Assembly: GCA_028278025.1 (NCBI GenBank)
Contig: JANQFE010000054.1
Coordinates: forward strand, 4,160-68,159
Direction of reading: 5' to 3'
DNA: 64,000 bases
Source: Thermodesulfobacteriota bacterium
GTDB taxonomy: Bacteria > Desulfobacterota > WTBG01 > CAIYCZ01 > CAIRTM01
Shown: piece after piece, positions 38,156 to 48,629 of the stretch
Layout: each line of letters starts with the position of its first letter
Numbering within the stretch: position 1 is the first letter of the stretch
Position numbers and translations under genes: made by a program
Notes under the pieces: model-generated
Databases searched by the model: none
What the model saw: the letters and a program-made list of their open reading frames with translations, nothing else
Told to the model about the DNA's origin: nothing

Positions 38156-39013
38156 ATGAAGGTATCGGTGGTTATCCCTGCCCATAACGAAAGCCACTCA
38201 ATTGGGAGGGTTATTACATCCGTGCGTAACAAAGTTCCGGGATGCGAAATTTTTGTGGTTAATGATGCTTCTACCGACGACACAGTAAAAATTGCCCAGG
38301 AGGCAGGCGCCTGGGTTTTTAGCCATCCTTACAATATGGGAAACGGTGCGGCAGTTAAAACCGGCATACGCATGGCAACAGGTGATAAGATCGTTTTAAT
38401 AGATGGAGATGGACAACATAATCCTGAGGATATCCCCCGTTTGTTAGAGGCTTCCAAGAATTATGATATGGTGGTTGGTGCGCGCAGCCCCCGAACCCAG
38501 GCAAACATACTCAGAAGATGTGCTAATTTCATGTACAATATCCTGGCCAGTTATGTTACCAGAAGAAAAATTAAGGACTTGACCTCAGGGTTTCGGGTGG
38601 TAGATCGTAAAACAGTTTTAAATTACCTAAGCCTGCTTCCAAATACTTTTTCCTATCCCACCACCATTACATTATCGTATTTGCGCAGCGGTAGATCCGT
38701 ATGTTATATCCCCATACATGCGGGCAAAAGACGTGGAAAAAGTAAAATACGGCTCCTGCGTGATGGTGTCCGCTTTTTCTTAATTATCATTAAAATATCC
38801 ACACTTTTTTCACCGCTGCTGATCTTTTTACCGGTGAGTTTTACTTCCTTTATGATTGGAATGCTGTACTATGCTTACACCTACCTTGCCCAGCACCGTT
38901 TTACTAATATGTCGGCACTTTTATTTATCAGCTCTGTAATAATCTTTATGATGGGACTTATAAGTGAACAGATAACACAGCTGCGCTATGATCGCCTGGA
39001 TAACGGCGGCTAA
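38156..39013 (+). CDS. GT2-family polyprenyl-phosphate glycosyltransferase (DPM1/ArnC/GtrB-like) with C-terminal TM helices
   Basis: VVIPAHNE, VNDASTD and DGDGQH (DxD) motifs, followed by C-terminal hydrophobic segments. Confidence 0.8.
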   Translation: MKVSVVIPAHNESHSIGRVITSVRNKVPGCEIFVVNDASTDDTVKIAQEAGAWVFSHPYNMGNGAAVKTGIRMATGDKIVLIDGDGQHNPEDIPRLLEASKNYDMVVGARSPRTQANILRRCANFMYNILASYVTRRKIKDLTSGFRVVDRKTVLNYLSLLPNTFSYPTTITLSYLRSGRSVCYIPIHAGKRRGKSKIRLLRDGVRFFLIIIKISTLFSPLLIFLPVSFTSFMIGMLYYAYTYLAQHRFTNMSALLFISSVIIFMMGLISEQITQLRYDRLDNGG

Positions 39014-39026
39014 CAGGAACCTGTAT

Positions 39027-41264
39027 ATGGCACGTAAAAAAAAGCAAAGGGCCAGCAGTAAAAAAAAAACAGCTGCACCGGCAGCTACCCTTACAAAAGG
39101 CAAAGATTCAAAGATAATCAATATTTCAAAAAAAGGGGCGGTTTCGGCTGAAAACTTTTTTAAAAGCCTGTCAAAATATAGCCGCTGGATAGAGATTTGC
39201 GCGCTTGTGGCAATTATTGTCACCGGCGTTCTTTTTCGTCTGGAAGACCTGAGCCAGTGGCAGAACCGTGAACAGAAAGCCTTTTTTGATAATCAGCCTC
39301 TGCACACTACATTTGATGCGTGGTTTTATCTAAGCCTTGCTAAAGATATTGCCGAAGACACCTATTATCCTATTGACGAAAAGCGCGGTGTCCCTGACAG
39401 TCCTCCCCGCCCTTCCCCGCCACCGCTTATTTCTTGCCTGACTGCTGTAATTGCAAAAACAACATCATTTTCTATGAGCTGGATTGGTGCCATACTGCCT
39501 CCTCTGCTTGGTCCTCTGCTTGCTATTCCGCTGTTTTTGCTCGGACGCTACTATGGCGGTCCTATTATGGGACTCAGCGCTGCGCTGATGGCGCTTCTCT
39601 ATCCATTCTATGTATACCGGAGTAATGTGGGCAGGTTCGATACAGACTGTATGAATGTTACCTGGGCTGCATGTGCTGCGTATCTTTTTTTAAGGTTCGG
39701 CATTCTGGAAACAAAAAAAAGATACATTTATTTGCTCGGCGGGTTTATCGTGTATGCGCTGTTTTTATGGTGGTGGGATCAGACTCCTGCCGTAGTGGGC
39801 GCCATTACGTTTCTTCCTCTGGCAGTAGCTCTGGCATTATTCTATCGCCCGCCCAAAAAAGAAGCCTTCCTGCTGTATGGCGGTCTTGGTGCCGGAGTGG
39901 TCATACTTCTTGCAGTTAACGGTATTGCTATGCCGGTAAAAATCTTACAGTCAATCTGGCACCAGTATCTGTATATTACCAAGGATGCCTCCGGAGATTT
40001 CCCCAACATCGGCCTTACCATAAGCGAGCAGTCCCGGCCGTCTTTTGACCTGGTATTAGGCTATACCACAAAGAACATCCTTGCCTTTGTTTTTAGTGTT
40101 GCCGGAATTATTTTGCTTGTGTGGAAACGTTTTAAAGATGCCCTTTTTCTGCTTTCTTTGATTATTTTATCTATTATGGCGGTCACCACTGCAAACCGTT
40201 TCCTGATTTTCCTGATTCCCATCCTGGCGCTCGGCGCGGGCTTTTCCCTGTCGATGCTCTGGGGCCTTCGTAAGCAATTCACAGCGCTTACAGTTGTTTG
40301 CCCCGTGCTGATACTGTGTATGTGCATCCCGCTCTATAAGGCCAATTCAGATTACGTGCAGTGGCCTAAAGAATCCGCGCCTATCATTGCCGGCATGGAC
40401 ACTGCCAAAAAGAAAACACCTTCAGACGCTGTAATCTGGGCCTGGTGGGACCATGGGTATGCCCTTACTTACTATGCCCGGCGTGCCACCATCAATGACG
40501 GTTCCATTCACAGCGGTGAACGAACCGTATATACGGGAATCCCGCTTGCTACAGACAGTTTTCAGCTTGCTGCAAACTTTATGCAATTCTACGTCATCCG
40601 CGGCATGAAGGGCATCAAGAAATTACACAATGCAACTGATGATAATCCCGGCAGCGGGTTAACCCTGCTTAAGAAGATCCTCCGCGCCGGCCCTGATAAA
40701 GGCCGGGCACTTATAGCAGAGGCTAACTTGAAGCCGGTTGGAAACTGGAAAACTGTTGATGACTGGCTGCGATTCTTTTATCCTCCCGAAAAGCGCCCGG
40801 TTTACCTGTTCGTTGACAACCTTTTAACTAAGACCAGCTACTGGTGGCACTGGTTCGGCACCTGGGACATGCAAAAGCAGGAAGGCCTTCACCCCGTGTA
40901 CCAGCCTTTCTACAACGTTAAGAAAAAAGGTGGCATGATAAGAGGCACCGGCGGGCTGCAAATAAATATGGAGACAGGTGATCTTTACACAAAAAACAAT
41001 CGCATCAAAATATCTAATTTGTTAATCCGCAAGAAAAAGGATATTAAAGAACAAAATTACGGCACTAAAAAAGGTTATAGATTTGAGATGCTTGAGCAGG
41101 CTCGCTACGGTGCCCTGATGGATGCACGAATTTCAGAATCAGTTTTTAATAAACTGTTTATCCGCCATATCTTTCCGAAAAAATATTTCCGCCCCGTAGA
41201 AATCAACTCCCCGTTTTATCAGCTCTGGGAAGTCCGGGGTGATTCCCTCCCAGATGCTGCCTGA
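39027..41264 (+). CDS. AglB/PglB/STT3-family oligosaccharyltransferase homologue
   Basis: About 13 predicted TM helices and then a soluble domain containing WAWWDHGY, a variant of the WWDYG catalytic motif. The start was placed at MARKKKQ to avoid overlapping the GT2 gene. Confidence 0.6.
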   Translation: MARKKKQRASSKKKTAAPAATLTKGKDSKIINISKKGAVSAENFFKSLSKYSRWIEICALVAIIVTGVLFRLEDLSQWQNREQKAFFDNQPLHTTFDAWFYLSLAKDIAEDTYYPIDEKRGVPDSPPRPSPPPLISCLTAVIAKTTSFSMSWIGAILPPLLGPLLAIPLFLLGRYYGGPIMGLSAALMALLYPFYVYRSNVGRFDTDCMNVTWAACAAYLFLRFGILETKKRYIYLLGGFIVYALFLWWWDQTPAVVGAITFLPLAVALALFYRPPKKEAFLLYGGLGAGVVILLAVNGIAMPVKILQSIWHQYLYITKDASGDFPNIGLTISEQSRPSFDLVLGYTTKNILAFVFSVAGIILLVWKRFKDALFLLSLIILSIMAVTTANRFLIFLIPILALGAGFSLSMLWGLRKQFTALTVVCPVLILCMCIPLYKANSDYVQWPKESAPIIAGMDTAKKKTPSDAVIWAWWDHGYALTYYARRATINDGSIHSGERTVYTGIPLATDSFQLAANFMQFYVIRGMKGIKKLHNATDDNPGSGLTLLKKILRAGPDKGRALIAEANLKPVGNWKTVDDWLRFFYPPEKRPVYLFVDNLLTKTSYWWHWFGTWDMQKQEGLHPVYQPFYNVKKKGGMIRGTGGLQINMETGDLYTKNNRIKISNLLIRKKKDIKEQNYGTKKGYRFEMLEQARYGALMDARISESVFNKLFIRHIFPKKYFRPVEINSPFYQLWEVRGDSLPDAA

Positions 41265-41313
41265 AACATCTTATTTCCTTTAGATAGAGTAAAGCTGCGG
41301 GACGGCGCAAAAA

Positions 41314-41415
41314 AATCGCCCGGCTCCCAAAGCCACGAAACAGAGCCGGGCGATAAAAAAGTTGTCCCGGATATGAGGGGTTTAAGGTAGGAAATCACCC
41401 GGGACAACTGTATGT
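41314..41415 (-). terminator. Two consecutive stem-loops with T-tracts on the minus strand (TCGCCCGGCTC…GAGCCGGGCGA and GTTGTCCCGG…CCGGGACAAC), terminator candidates
   Basis: Perfect 11-bp and 10-bp inverted repeats read from the sequence. On the minus strand each is followed by TTTTTT(T). They sit between the convergent OST gene and the GGR-family gene. Confidence 0.4.
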
Positions 41416-41687
41416 AATTATAAAAAATATAATACAAAAAATGTGCCATCACAGCTTTATATAGCCGACAAAAACAAATCCAGCAAAATTAGATAATTAC
41501 ACTATTCCAGGTATTTGTGCTGCAAGGAGGATAATCAGGACTTGTCTTACCGTGCAAGAGAAGTCTTGAGGAGCAAGACAAGTGCTTTATAGTTATAGGG
41601 GAGAAAACATATTGTTTTCGATGCAATAAATTTCTTGCGAATTGCGGACTTGCCCTGACGCATCGTGGTTATTTTTGAAGCCAACGG

Positions 41688-42959
41688 TCAGGCCAGCACC
41701 ATGCTGTCCAGGGCTTTAATTTTTTCATGGATTTCAGGTTTTTCACGAGCGATTCGATCCTGATGACGAAGAATGGACTCCCACATCAATCGTGGTGTTT
41801 TGTACTGACTCAAGGTTCCCTCAAGCACTTCATCCTCCGTCAGGGAAAACAGGTAATCCAACTCATCATCATTATAGGTGGGGGAGAGTGAATACCCTTG
41901 CGCAACCCGCAAAAAATCACTACTATTAAATTCAAAGGTATCATTCCACCACCTGGTGTATTCACTGAATCCTTTTTTTCCCTGCAGCTCACGGACAATT
42001 GCAATTCCTGCATGATAGCCGCACATGATACCACCCTGAACCTGCACCTCGACAAATGCAGCTGCATCACCAATAAGCAGAGCACTGTCCTTGTACGGGA
42101 CGGGGATGGTGCTGCAGGCCTTGAGGGTACACCCTGTAGTTTCGACCACTTCGGCATCTTCAAACATGTAGGCCAGTGGGCTTTGGGTGGTGAAATAATG
42201 AAAGATCTCTTTCGGTTTCAGCTCCGTGTCCCCTGACACCAGAAGGTCCATGGTGTTGTCCCCCAAAAGGGTTGGCCCCATGAGAATCGGGCGCTTTGAG
42301 CCGTAAACTAATCCGTTGGCATTTTTAAAGGTATGGGGCTCAAACCCTTTGACTCCTTCCATTACGGTCATGATACAAAGTGCCGTTGTAAAATGGGTGC
42401 GGTTTTGATTGAAACCAAGACAGGCTGCGAGTTTTGAATTTACTCCATCGGCAACAATCAGCTTCTTAGCCCGCAGCTTTTGTTCCTTTCCACCCCTGCT
42501 GAAGCGAACGGAGATACCCTCCGGGCTGTTGTGGGCATCACGGGTAATGGCACTATTGATAAACTCTACCCCCAGCCTTTCACACTGCTGCAACAGCTGC
42601 TGTAGCAGGCGACCCTTGTCATATCGCAGCCCAATGGGTTGTCGGCCCTGATGAGAAAAGTGTATTTTGTGCCCCCTGGGAGAAAGATAATACTTTTCAT
42701 TAATATCAACTGTCGGCCCATCGTAATCTATTTCAAAATTGTTTCGGGTAAAAACAATCTTTCCTTGTTTAACACTGATGCCTTCATTTTGATAATCATT
42801 ATCCATAATGAGCATCTGACAGCAGGAACGGGTTATTCTTGATATATCCCTCTGTTTTTCCACTAGGACCACCTTCAGGCCCTGTTGAGCTGCGGTGATG
42901 GCGGCCTGTAGACCAGCCGGCCCAGCTCCCACAATGATTACATCCCATTTTTTTTCCAT
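41688..42959 (-). CDS. FAD-dependent oxidoreductase of the geranylgeranyl reductase family
   Basis: DVIIVGAGPAG is a Rossmann FAD motif. The …LIGDAAAFV… region and overall length match GGR-family reductases. Confidence 0.7.
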   Translation of the reverse strand: MEKKWDVIIVGAGPAGLQAAITAAQQGLKVVLVEKQRDISRITRSCCQMLIMDNDYQNEGISVKQGKIVFTRNNFEIDYDGPTVDINEKYYLSPRGHKIHFSHQGRQPIGLRYDKGRLLQQLLQQCERLGVEFINSAITRDAHNSPEGISVRFSRGGKEQKLRAKKLIVADGVNSKLAACLGFNQNRTHFTTALCIMTVMEGVKGFEPHTFKNANGLVYGSKRPILMGPTLLGDNTMDLLVSGDTELKPKEIFHYFTTQSPLAYMFEDAEVVETTGCTLKACSTIPVPYKDSALLIGDAAAFVEVQVQGGIMCGYHAGIAIVRELQGKKGFSEYTRWWNDTFEFNSSDFLRVAQGYSLSPTYNDDELDYLFSLTEDEVLEGTLSQYKTPRLMWESILRHQDRIAREKPEIHEKIKALDSMVLA

Positions 42960-43061
42960 TGATTATGTTTTCCTCTCGTTTTCTTTTAGTTTTTCTTTGA
43001 GCATATCACAATTAACAGAAAATACTTTCTCTTCTGAGGGAGGGCATAAAGTCCGCACCGG

Positions 43062-44822
43062 TCATTGTCTATCCGTGACAGACACAGCAAATTCCAAAAC
43101 ATGCTTTGCAAGAATTTCACCAACCCGGGGGTCATCATTTGCCTGCTGAGCGATCTCCCAGGTACCCGTGTACTGTTCCTGAACAGGCATGTGCGAATTA
43201 AGCGAATCCGATGCCGGATCATAGCCAAGATGTCCGTAATTGCTCACATCAAAAGCAAGCGAAGGATCAAGATTACTGATAGCTTCGTCAATCGGAGTCT
43301 GGCGGGGGGGAGGATAGGGTCTTCCGTCAGCACAGCCGCCCATTTCAAAGCAGCACTCAGCACCGTCGCAGTCAGTAGTGACATAGGTCCCCCAGTAATC
43401 GGCAAAAGGATCCCCATAGTCAGGGAATCTTGCGTAATCAAAAACACCCCATTTCGCCCATGTTCTCATGCCAATCTCTTTGCCGATCTGGTTGAAGAGC
43501 TCAACGCCGTGGAGAGCGTTTTCAGTCAGTAACTGCGGCCAACCAATAATAATATGTTTGATACCACGATCCTTTAAATATTCCAGTCCATCCCAGTAGC
43601 GGTATCCCCAGGGATGGCCCGACAGCGGCTCATCTGCCTCATGCAGGTAGCATGCAGCAAAAGATTCACCCCTCATGTTGCGAGTATATTCCTCGATGTC
43701 GTTCTCAGGATTCACCTCTTTTTCTCCACCAAAGGAGCCGATTATGTTGTCGGGGTCAAAACCGGGATGCCGTTCAAGCAGAAGTGTTTTAATATTTTCA
43801 TTAAACAGATTAGTATCATTCATTTTAGGGTCAAAATAACGTCTACTTTTCCTAAATAGGCCGTGGTTAAAAAATAAAATACCGGTTTGATTGTCAGGGA
43901 CTGTTTCAGACAGGACAGCTTCGATTCCTTCCACATGAAGCAAGGCATAGTCCATATCTTCAATCAGCGGATTCTGGCCTGCTGCCACATCAGCATGCTG
44001 GTCTGTGGTTGGCTCGCCATACCAGGGAGTCCAGTCCTCAGGCTCGCTCGGATATGAGCGTTCCATAAGACCGGTATAATCATTAACCCAGGTGAGTTCA
44101 ACATCCTTCAGGTGCTTGGCATTCCATTGTTCCAGCACGAGCTTGCACATCTGGACAACATCATAGCCCTTGTAAAAACGAACTCCCCCGACCGCGGTGT
44201 CGATCACGATAATATGCTGTACACCTTTTTTAAGCAGCCGCTCTACCGGACCGTCCACGTTGTATCGTTGCGGGTCACAGTCTTCCCAGGGGCCATCATC
44301 CAGCCCTTCGCCGCAGTAGTTAATATGCACCCCTTTTTCATCGGGCAGATTATAAATATATCTTGGATAAGCATAGTGGTCAGGATAGCCTGCCGGGCTC
44401 CAACCTGCCCAGTCAACCTCAAAAGTTATACCGTGGGTGTTTTTGTCCAGTTCGGTCTTCATATCCTGTAGTTGCGTCATCGTAAAGTCCATGAACGGCT
44501 CAACCCCTCCTACCCGGTCATAGGTAAAACGAAACCGCTCGGCATACTCGGCCACAAAAGGGTTCAATTCTGGGGTTACAAGCACAGGCCACATTGCCGG
44601 ATTTTTTATAACAAATTTATGCACATGATCATACGGGTCATACGATGCCATCTGGACTGCCACGTCCCACAGGTACTGAAGTTTGTAGGTATCGGCTGTC
44701 CCGTGGACAACATAGATGACACCAATTTTTGTTTTTGTCACCGGAGCACAGGTCAGCATAGCAGCTGAAAGACTCAAGACTAAAATGCATAGCATGATTT
44801 TGTTTCGCACATGTGACCTCAT
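43062..44822 (-). CDS. Secreted protein of unknown function, member A of a three-gene paralogous family (possible class-II chelatase-like fold)
   Basis: Signal peptide, then KIGVIYVVHGTADTY and a later ILFFNHGL. Both are hydrophobic-strand-HG elements reminiscent of CbiK/CbiX chelatase half-domains. The same N-terminal pattern recurs in 45722..48364 and 49538..52108. Confidence 0.6.
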   Translation of the reverse strand: MRSHVRNKIMLCILVLSLSAAMLTCAPVTKTKIGVIYVVHGTADTYKLQYLWDVAVQMASYDPYDHVHKFVIKNPAMWPVLVTPELNPFVAEYAERFRFTYDRVGGVEPFMDFTMTQLQDMKTELDKNTHGITFEVDWAGWSPAGYPDHYAYPRYIYNLPDEKGVHINYCGEGLDDGPWEDCDPQRYNVDGPVERLLKKGVQHIIVIDTAVGGVRFYKGYDVVQMCKLVLEQWNAKHLKDVELTWVNDYTGLMERSYPSEPEDWTPWYGEPTTDQHADVAAGQNPLIEDMDYALLHVEGIEAVLSETVPDNQTGILFFNHGLFRKSRRYFDPKMNDTNLFNENIKTLLLERHPGFDPDNIIGSFGGEKEVNPENDIEEYTRNMRGESFAACYLHEADEPLSGHPWGYRYWDGLEYLKDRGIKHIIIGWPQLLTENALHGVELFNQIGKEIGMRTWAKWGVFDYARFPDYGDPFADYWGTYVTTDCDGAECCFEMGGCADGRPYPPPRQTPIDEAISNLDPSLAFDVSNYGHLGYDPASDSLNSHMPVQEQYTGTWEIAQQANDDPRVGEILAKHVLEFAVSVTDRQ

Positions 44823-44926
44823 GGCATGTCCTCCCTCTAAAAAATTTTATAAAAAAGTAGTTCACCTCTTAATATCATTGCTTCGGGAAGTAAGGATTGA
44901 ACTTTTTTCTTTCTCCAAGCATTTTT

Positions 44927-45718
44927 TCAGTTGTTTTTATTGGAAACGTGTCGTGTCCATCGCTGCCATGGCCGGTAGTCCATTTTTCTGAATTCTACGT
45001 TGGTGATTGTTGCCTCTTTGACGGTTATCCTGCTTCCCACCATCATCTGTTTAAACATCGTCCGGCACTTATCCGGGGAAATTTTTCTTGCGCTTGCCTG
45101 TGCCTCGTATGGAATAAACTCCTTTAAATTTTTTTCAAATTCAGGATCACTACCTTCAATAAGTTCCGCGGTTCCGCTAAACTGTATGCAAAGGAGTTTG
45201 GTAAATGATTCATATTCACGATGCCAGTTAATGCTGACCCTGGGGTTTTGCTGTATGTGGAAAAGCTTTGCGGTGCCTTTTTCATGAATACCGTAAAGGG
45301 TCATTTCACTCGGGTCCAGGGTAAATTCTGCTGTTGTACTTAAGGGCGTGTTATTAACACAGGTGGAAAGTACACAGGTCTTACTTTGTTTTTTTCCACC
45401 CATAACATCTGCAATGGCCTTCTCTATTTTATCACGGGACATCATTCCCTCTTTGGCATTAAAATCGGCATAATCTCCTGAAAGCCAGACCTGTGTCGCA
45501 GTGGTTTTTGCATCCAGTTTAATTTCATGACAGTCCACGCAGCTAACTCCTGCTCCTACCTCTGGATGATTTTCCTGTATCTCTTCAGACGCTTCAATTT
45601 TTTTTGCCTCTTTTACATCCCTTCCGTCATTTTCTGCAGACAGTGTTGATATCATACAAACAAAAATTATTGCAAAACAGCCCGCAATAACTGTAAATGC
45701 GTTGTTTCTCCTTGCCAT
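44927..45718 (-). CDS. Secreted protein with a single CxxCH haem-binding motif and a PNPOx-like (general-stress-protein-26-type) FMN-binding fold
   Basis: Signal peptide, GVSCVDCHEI, and a C-terminal region resembling the pyridoxamine-5'-phosphate-oxidase-like fold. Confidence 0.45.
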   Translation of the reverse strand: MARRNNAFTVIAGCFAIIFVCMISTLSAENDGRDVKEAKKIEASEEIQENHPEVGAGVSCVDCHEIKLDAKTTATQVWLSGDYADFNAKEGMMSRDKIEKAIADVMGGKKQSKTCVLSTCVNNTPLSTTAEFTLDPSEMTLYGIHEKGTAKLFHIQQNPRVSINWHREYESFTKLLCIQFSGTAELIEGSDPEFEKNLKEFIPYEAQASARKISPDKCRTMFKQMMVGSRITVKEATITNVEFRKMDYRPWQRWTRHVSNKNN

Positions 45719-45721
45719 CGT

Positions 45722-48364
45722 TTACGCTCCTGTCTGTTTATTCTCAAAATTAAAAAACGGCACCCACATAACGACCCACACATCACACCTGCCGTCATTC
45801 TGTGTCGTTATCGGCACCCGCGCAATGTGCAGACCTGCATCCAACCCTGATCGACCCACTGTGAGCATTAGCACTACTGAGCCGGATTCTTCCACAAGAC
45901 CAGCAGAAGGAGCCGGAGTCAACCAATTACCATCTTCACCACGTTCGCTGCCGAAAATATACTCCGGGTCTCCTACTTTCCATAACAGACTTCCGGATCC
46001 ATCATTGTGGATAGTTATGCCATATTTTGTCATTTCACGATTTAAAAAGACCAGTTGCGGATCTACTCTGATAAGCGGCATCTCTGAGATAATCGGTGTC
46101 TTGTAAGTCAGCACCTCCTCAACACTCCGGTAAACGGCCTCGACCAGGTTTGTACGCACATCGGCATCGGCGACAGTCAGTTGAGGCCCGGTGATGATCA
46201 CGGTTGTCGGGTTGGTCGTGCTGCCCTTATAAACGGTTACCGGCGGATCTCCGGACGGTGCGATGCAGGTATATGAGCAAATAGAAGGATTACTCGACAT
46301 CGGCTCTGAACAGAAGCAGTCATCTGCACCGATCGTGCAGGTGCATTCGGCGGGTGCGCTGGGGATGTGGACGGTTTCAAAAACAGTACCGTCCAAGTTT
46401 ACCATAACAAAATACTCTCCGTCAGTTTCATTATAATCAGTGCCTGGTATATACCCCACATAGTCCTGCGGACCGAACCGGTCACCATCCGGGCTTAATC
46501 CGTTGCGCTCACTATGTTGTGCCTCCAAATGATATTCCATACTTGAAAGCGCTTCTTTTTTTTCATGGAAGTCGCCGGAGAACCCTTCAAAAAAGTACGG
46601 TACGGCAATTATGTAGCTGTATCTGTCATTACCGTTATCAATAATATCTCCATAGTAGTTCAGATAGGTACCGTTGGTGCAGTTGTCAACCTGTTCACCC
46701 AGTGACATGACATTACCGAACCAGCTGTACTCCGGTATCGAGTCCGGCGGCAGGGGTTTGGCAGGCGGAACATCACTGGTCGAATAATGACCTTCAGCAT
46801 ATTCGCCGGCACCGCGCACTACCTTCATTTTGCTGAACCTGTAAGGCAGATCAGTTTTAGTCATGAGGTACTCATGTGCCTGGTCAAATCTCACCGCATC
46901 CTCAACAAAACCGACATCACAGGTAGCAGAATCTCTGTGTACGCCATGATAGCCGTGATCAACGAGTATAACTGCCAGGGATTGTGTGCCGTTATCGGGG
47001 ATGGAGAATTTGTTTATCGTGTAGTTGATCATAGCTTCAACCGATTTGTCAGCCTCTTCATATTTTCCGTATGCCGGAGCAAACTGAAGATCAACCTCGA
47101 CACCATTGCTGGTTGCAATAACATCTACCATTTCAACAATTTCAGGCCATGGATTATTCGGGCGATACTCTTCTGGCTTTTCACTGAAATAGGCATCCCG
47201 TTCTGCCGGGTCATGTACCGTACCGGCTGTGTAGCCGGGCCCGTAGTCGTCATCAAGGTCTTTAATGCACTGCAGATAGGTTTTGCCGGGTACACGGCTG
47301 ACAGGGGTACCATGATCAGGGTCATATCGATACTCTTTTTCATACCAGCTATCACCGTATTGGGTCATATTATAAAAAGCCGAATTGTTATGTACTACCA
47401 GAATTCTATCAACCCCATCAACTACAATAAAATTTTCCAGTGCTGTTTCCACACTTTCGGGAACCGTTGCCGGCAATCCTGTCGGACCCAAATTTTTTAT
47501 GGCAACTTCCCAGCCGTAACGGAAGACAAATTCAAAATCGTCTGTCAGGTCTGATGCAAGGATGCGGTCCTTAACATTGGCGAGCTCAGGAGTGTCTCTT
47601 CCACAGCCGGGATCAATCCCTTCACAATCGGCATCGTTTCCAAACCAAAATTTCCGGTAGTCTTTTCTGTGCGGATCATATCCCCATGTACCATAGGCTG
47701 CTGGAAGTTCAGCATGGTAATCAAAGCGTCCCCAGGCTACAATTTCATGGAATTCGGGAAACCCCTGACCGGGATTAAATGCAGCTTCGGGTTCAAGGAC
47801 CGGACCGACTATGTTAAGGCCGGTGGAGGGATCGATCGTGTGGTTTGCAGAAGAAAACATTGCATAGGACCTGCCGAAATTCGGATAGCAGTCGTCAGAG
47901 AAAGAACCGTCACCCCCCTGAGTGACCGGACCATATTCTTTTATTGAATGTACCACTGTCATTGGAGGATATTCATTGCAGAACACATCGATCAGATCCT
48001 CTGCTGCAACATCACTGAAACCCGCCGCCTGACAGCCCAAGGCTTCGTTTTCAGTTGCATAATGAACCTGTGTATAACATTTGAGCTGGTCGGTCGGCTT
48101 ACCTATAAAACCACCCACGTGAAAACCGTCAGCGAAGATACTCCACATGTTGTTAAAAAACGCCGATACCCACTCACCGCTGTTCGGATAATATTCACCA
48201 GCACCCGTCCGGATAAAAAGCACCCCGACTTTTTCCTTGCCGAACGACACAGCAGGAGTGCTTGCAGTAATGATCAGAGTCAGTGCAAGACCCAATAATT
48301 TTCGAAAAAAAGTTTCTTTGTTCCTTTTTTTTAACTGCAAAATTTCACAATAGATTAGTTGCAT
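45722..48364 (-). CDS. Large secreted protein (880 aa), paralogous family member B, cysteine-rich Ig-like C-terminal region
   Basis: Signal peptide, KVGVLFIRTGAGEYY, RILVVHNNSAF and LAVILVDHGYHG elements, and a C-terminal Cys-rich stretch (CTCTIGADDCFCSEP…). Confidence 0.6.
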   Translation of the reverse strand: MQLIYCEILQLKKRNKETFFRKLLGLALTLIITASTPAVSFGKEKVGVLFIRTGAGEYYPNSGEWVSAFFNNMWSIFADGFHVGGFIGKPTDQLKCYTQVHYATENEALGCQAAGFSDVAAEDLIDVFCNEYPPMTVVHSIKEYGPVTQGGDGSFSDDCYPNFGRSYAMFSSANHTIDPSTGLNIVGPVLEPEAAFNPGQGFPEFHEIVAWGRFDYHAELPAAYGTWGYDPHRKDYRKFWFGNDADCEGIDPGCGRDTPELANVKDRILASDLTDDFEFVFRYGWEVAIKNLGPTGLPATVPESVETALENFIVVDGVDRILVVHNNSAFYNMTQYGDSWYEKEYRYDPDHGTPVSRVPGKTYLQCIKDLDDDYGPGYTAGTVHDPAERDAYFSEKPEEYRPNNPWPEIVEMVDVIATSNGVEVDLQFAPAYGKYEEADKSVEAMINYTINKFSIPDNGTQSLAVILVDHGYHGVHRDSATCDVGFVEDAVRFDQAHEYLMTKTDLPYRFSKMKVVRGAGEYAEGHYSTSDVPPAKPLPPDSIPEYSWFGNVMSLGEQVDNCTNGTYLNYYGDIIDNGNDRYSYIIAVPYFFEGFSGDFHEKKEALSSMEYHLEAQHSERNGLSPDGDRFGPQDYVGYIPGTDYNETDGEYFVMVNLDGTVFETVHIPSAPAECTCTIGADDCFCSEPMSSNPSICSYTCIAPSGDPPVTVYKGSTTNPTTVIITGPQLTVADADVRTNLVEAVYRSVEEVLTYKTPIISEMPLIRVDPQLVFLNREMTKYGITIHNDGSGSLLWKVGDPEYIFGSERGEDGNWLTPAPSAGLVEESGSVVLMLTVGRSGLDAGLHIARVPITTQNDGRCDVWVVMWVPFFNFENKQTGA

Positions 48365-48564
48365 TGCGATCTCCTTTTTGAATTAGGTGTTCGGTCAGCG
48401 TTTGTCTATTGAAACCGTCCAAAACGCCGGGTAGCGGGCATTGCTGAAACAAAGTGATGCTCACCAGTGTATGGCCGGATCAACCAATACAATAGATGCT
48501 GTTTTTTGTCATATCTGTTTCACCGGACCGGCCTCCACGCCGGCATTCCCTGGCGGCTATATTA

Positions 48565-48582
48565 GAATTAGAATTCTAATTC
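48565..48582. promoter_or_regulatory. Perfect palindrome GAATTAGAATTCTAATTC (extendable to the 22-bp palindrome TAGAATTAGAATTCTAATTCTA at 48563..48584), putative TetR operator upstream of the 880-aa secreted-protein gene
   Basis: Read directly from the sequence. It equals its own reverse complement. It lies between the tetR stop (48630) and the start of gene 45722..48364. Confidence 0.55.
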
Positions 48583-48629
48583 TATTTATGGTTAAAAAAG
48601 AATGCTACTTACTTGAGTATTACGCCTGA

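Noticed and set aside
46787-47554. 255-aa plus-strand ORF
   Set aside because: Antisense within the 880-aa secreted-protein gene. It has no domain signal and is Cys/Ile-rich nonsense.
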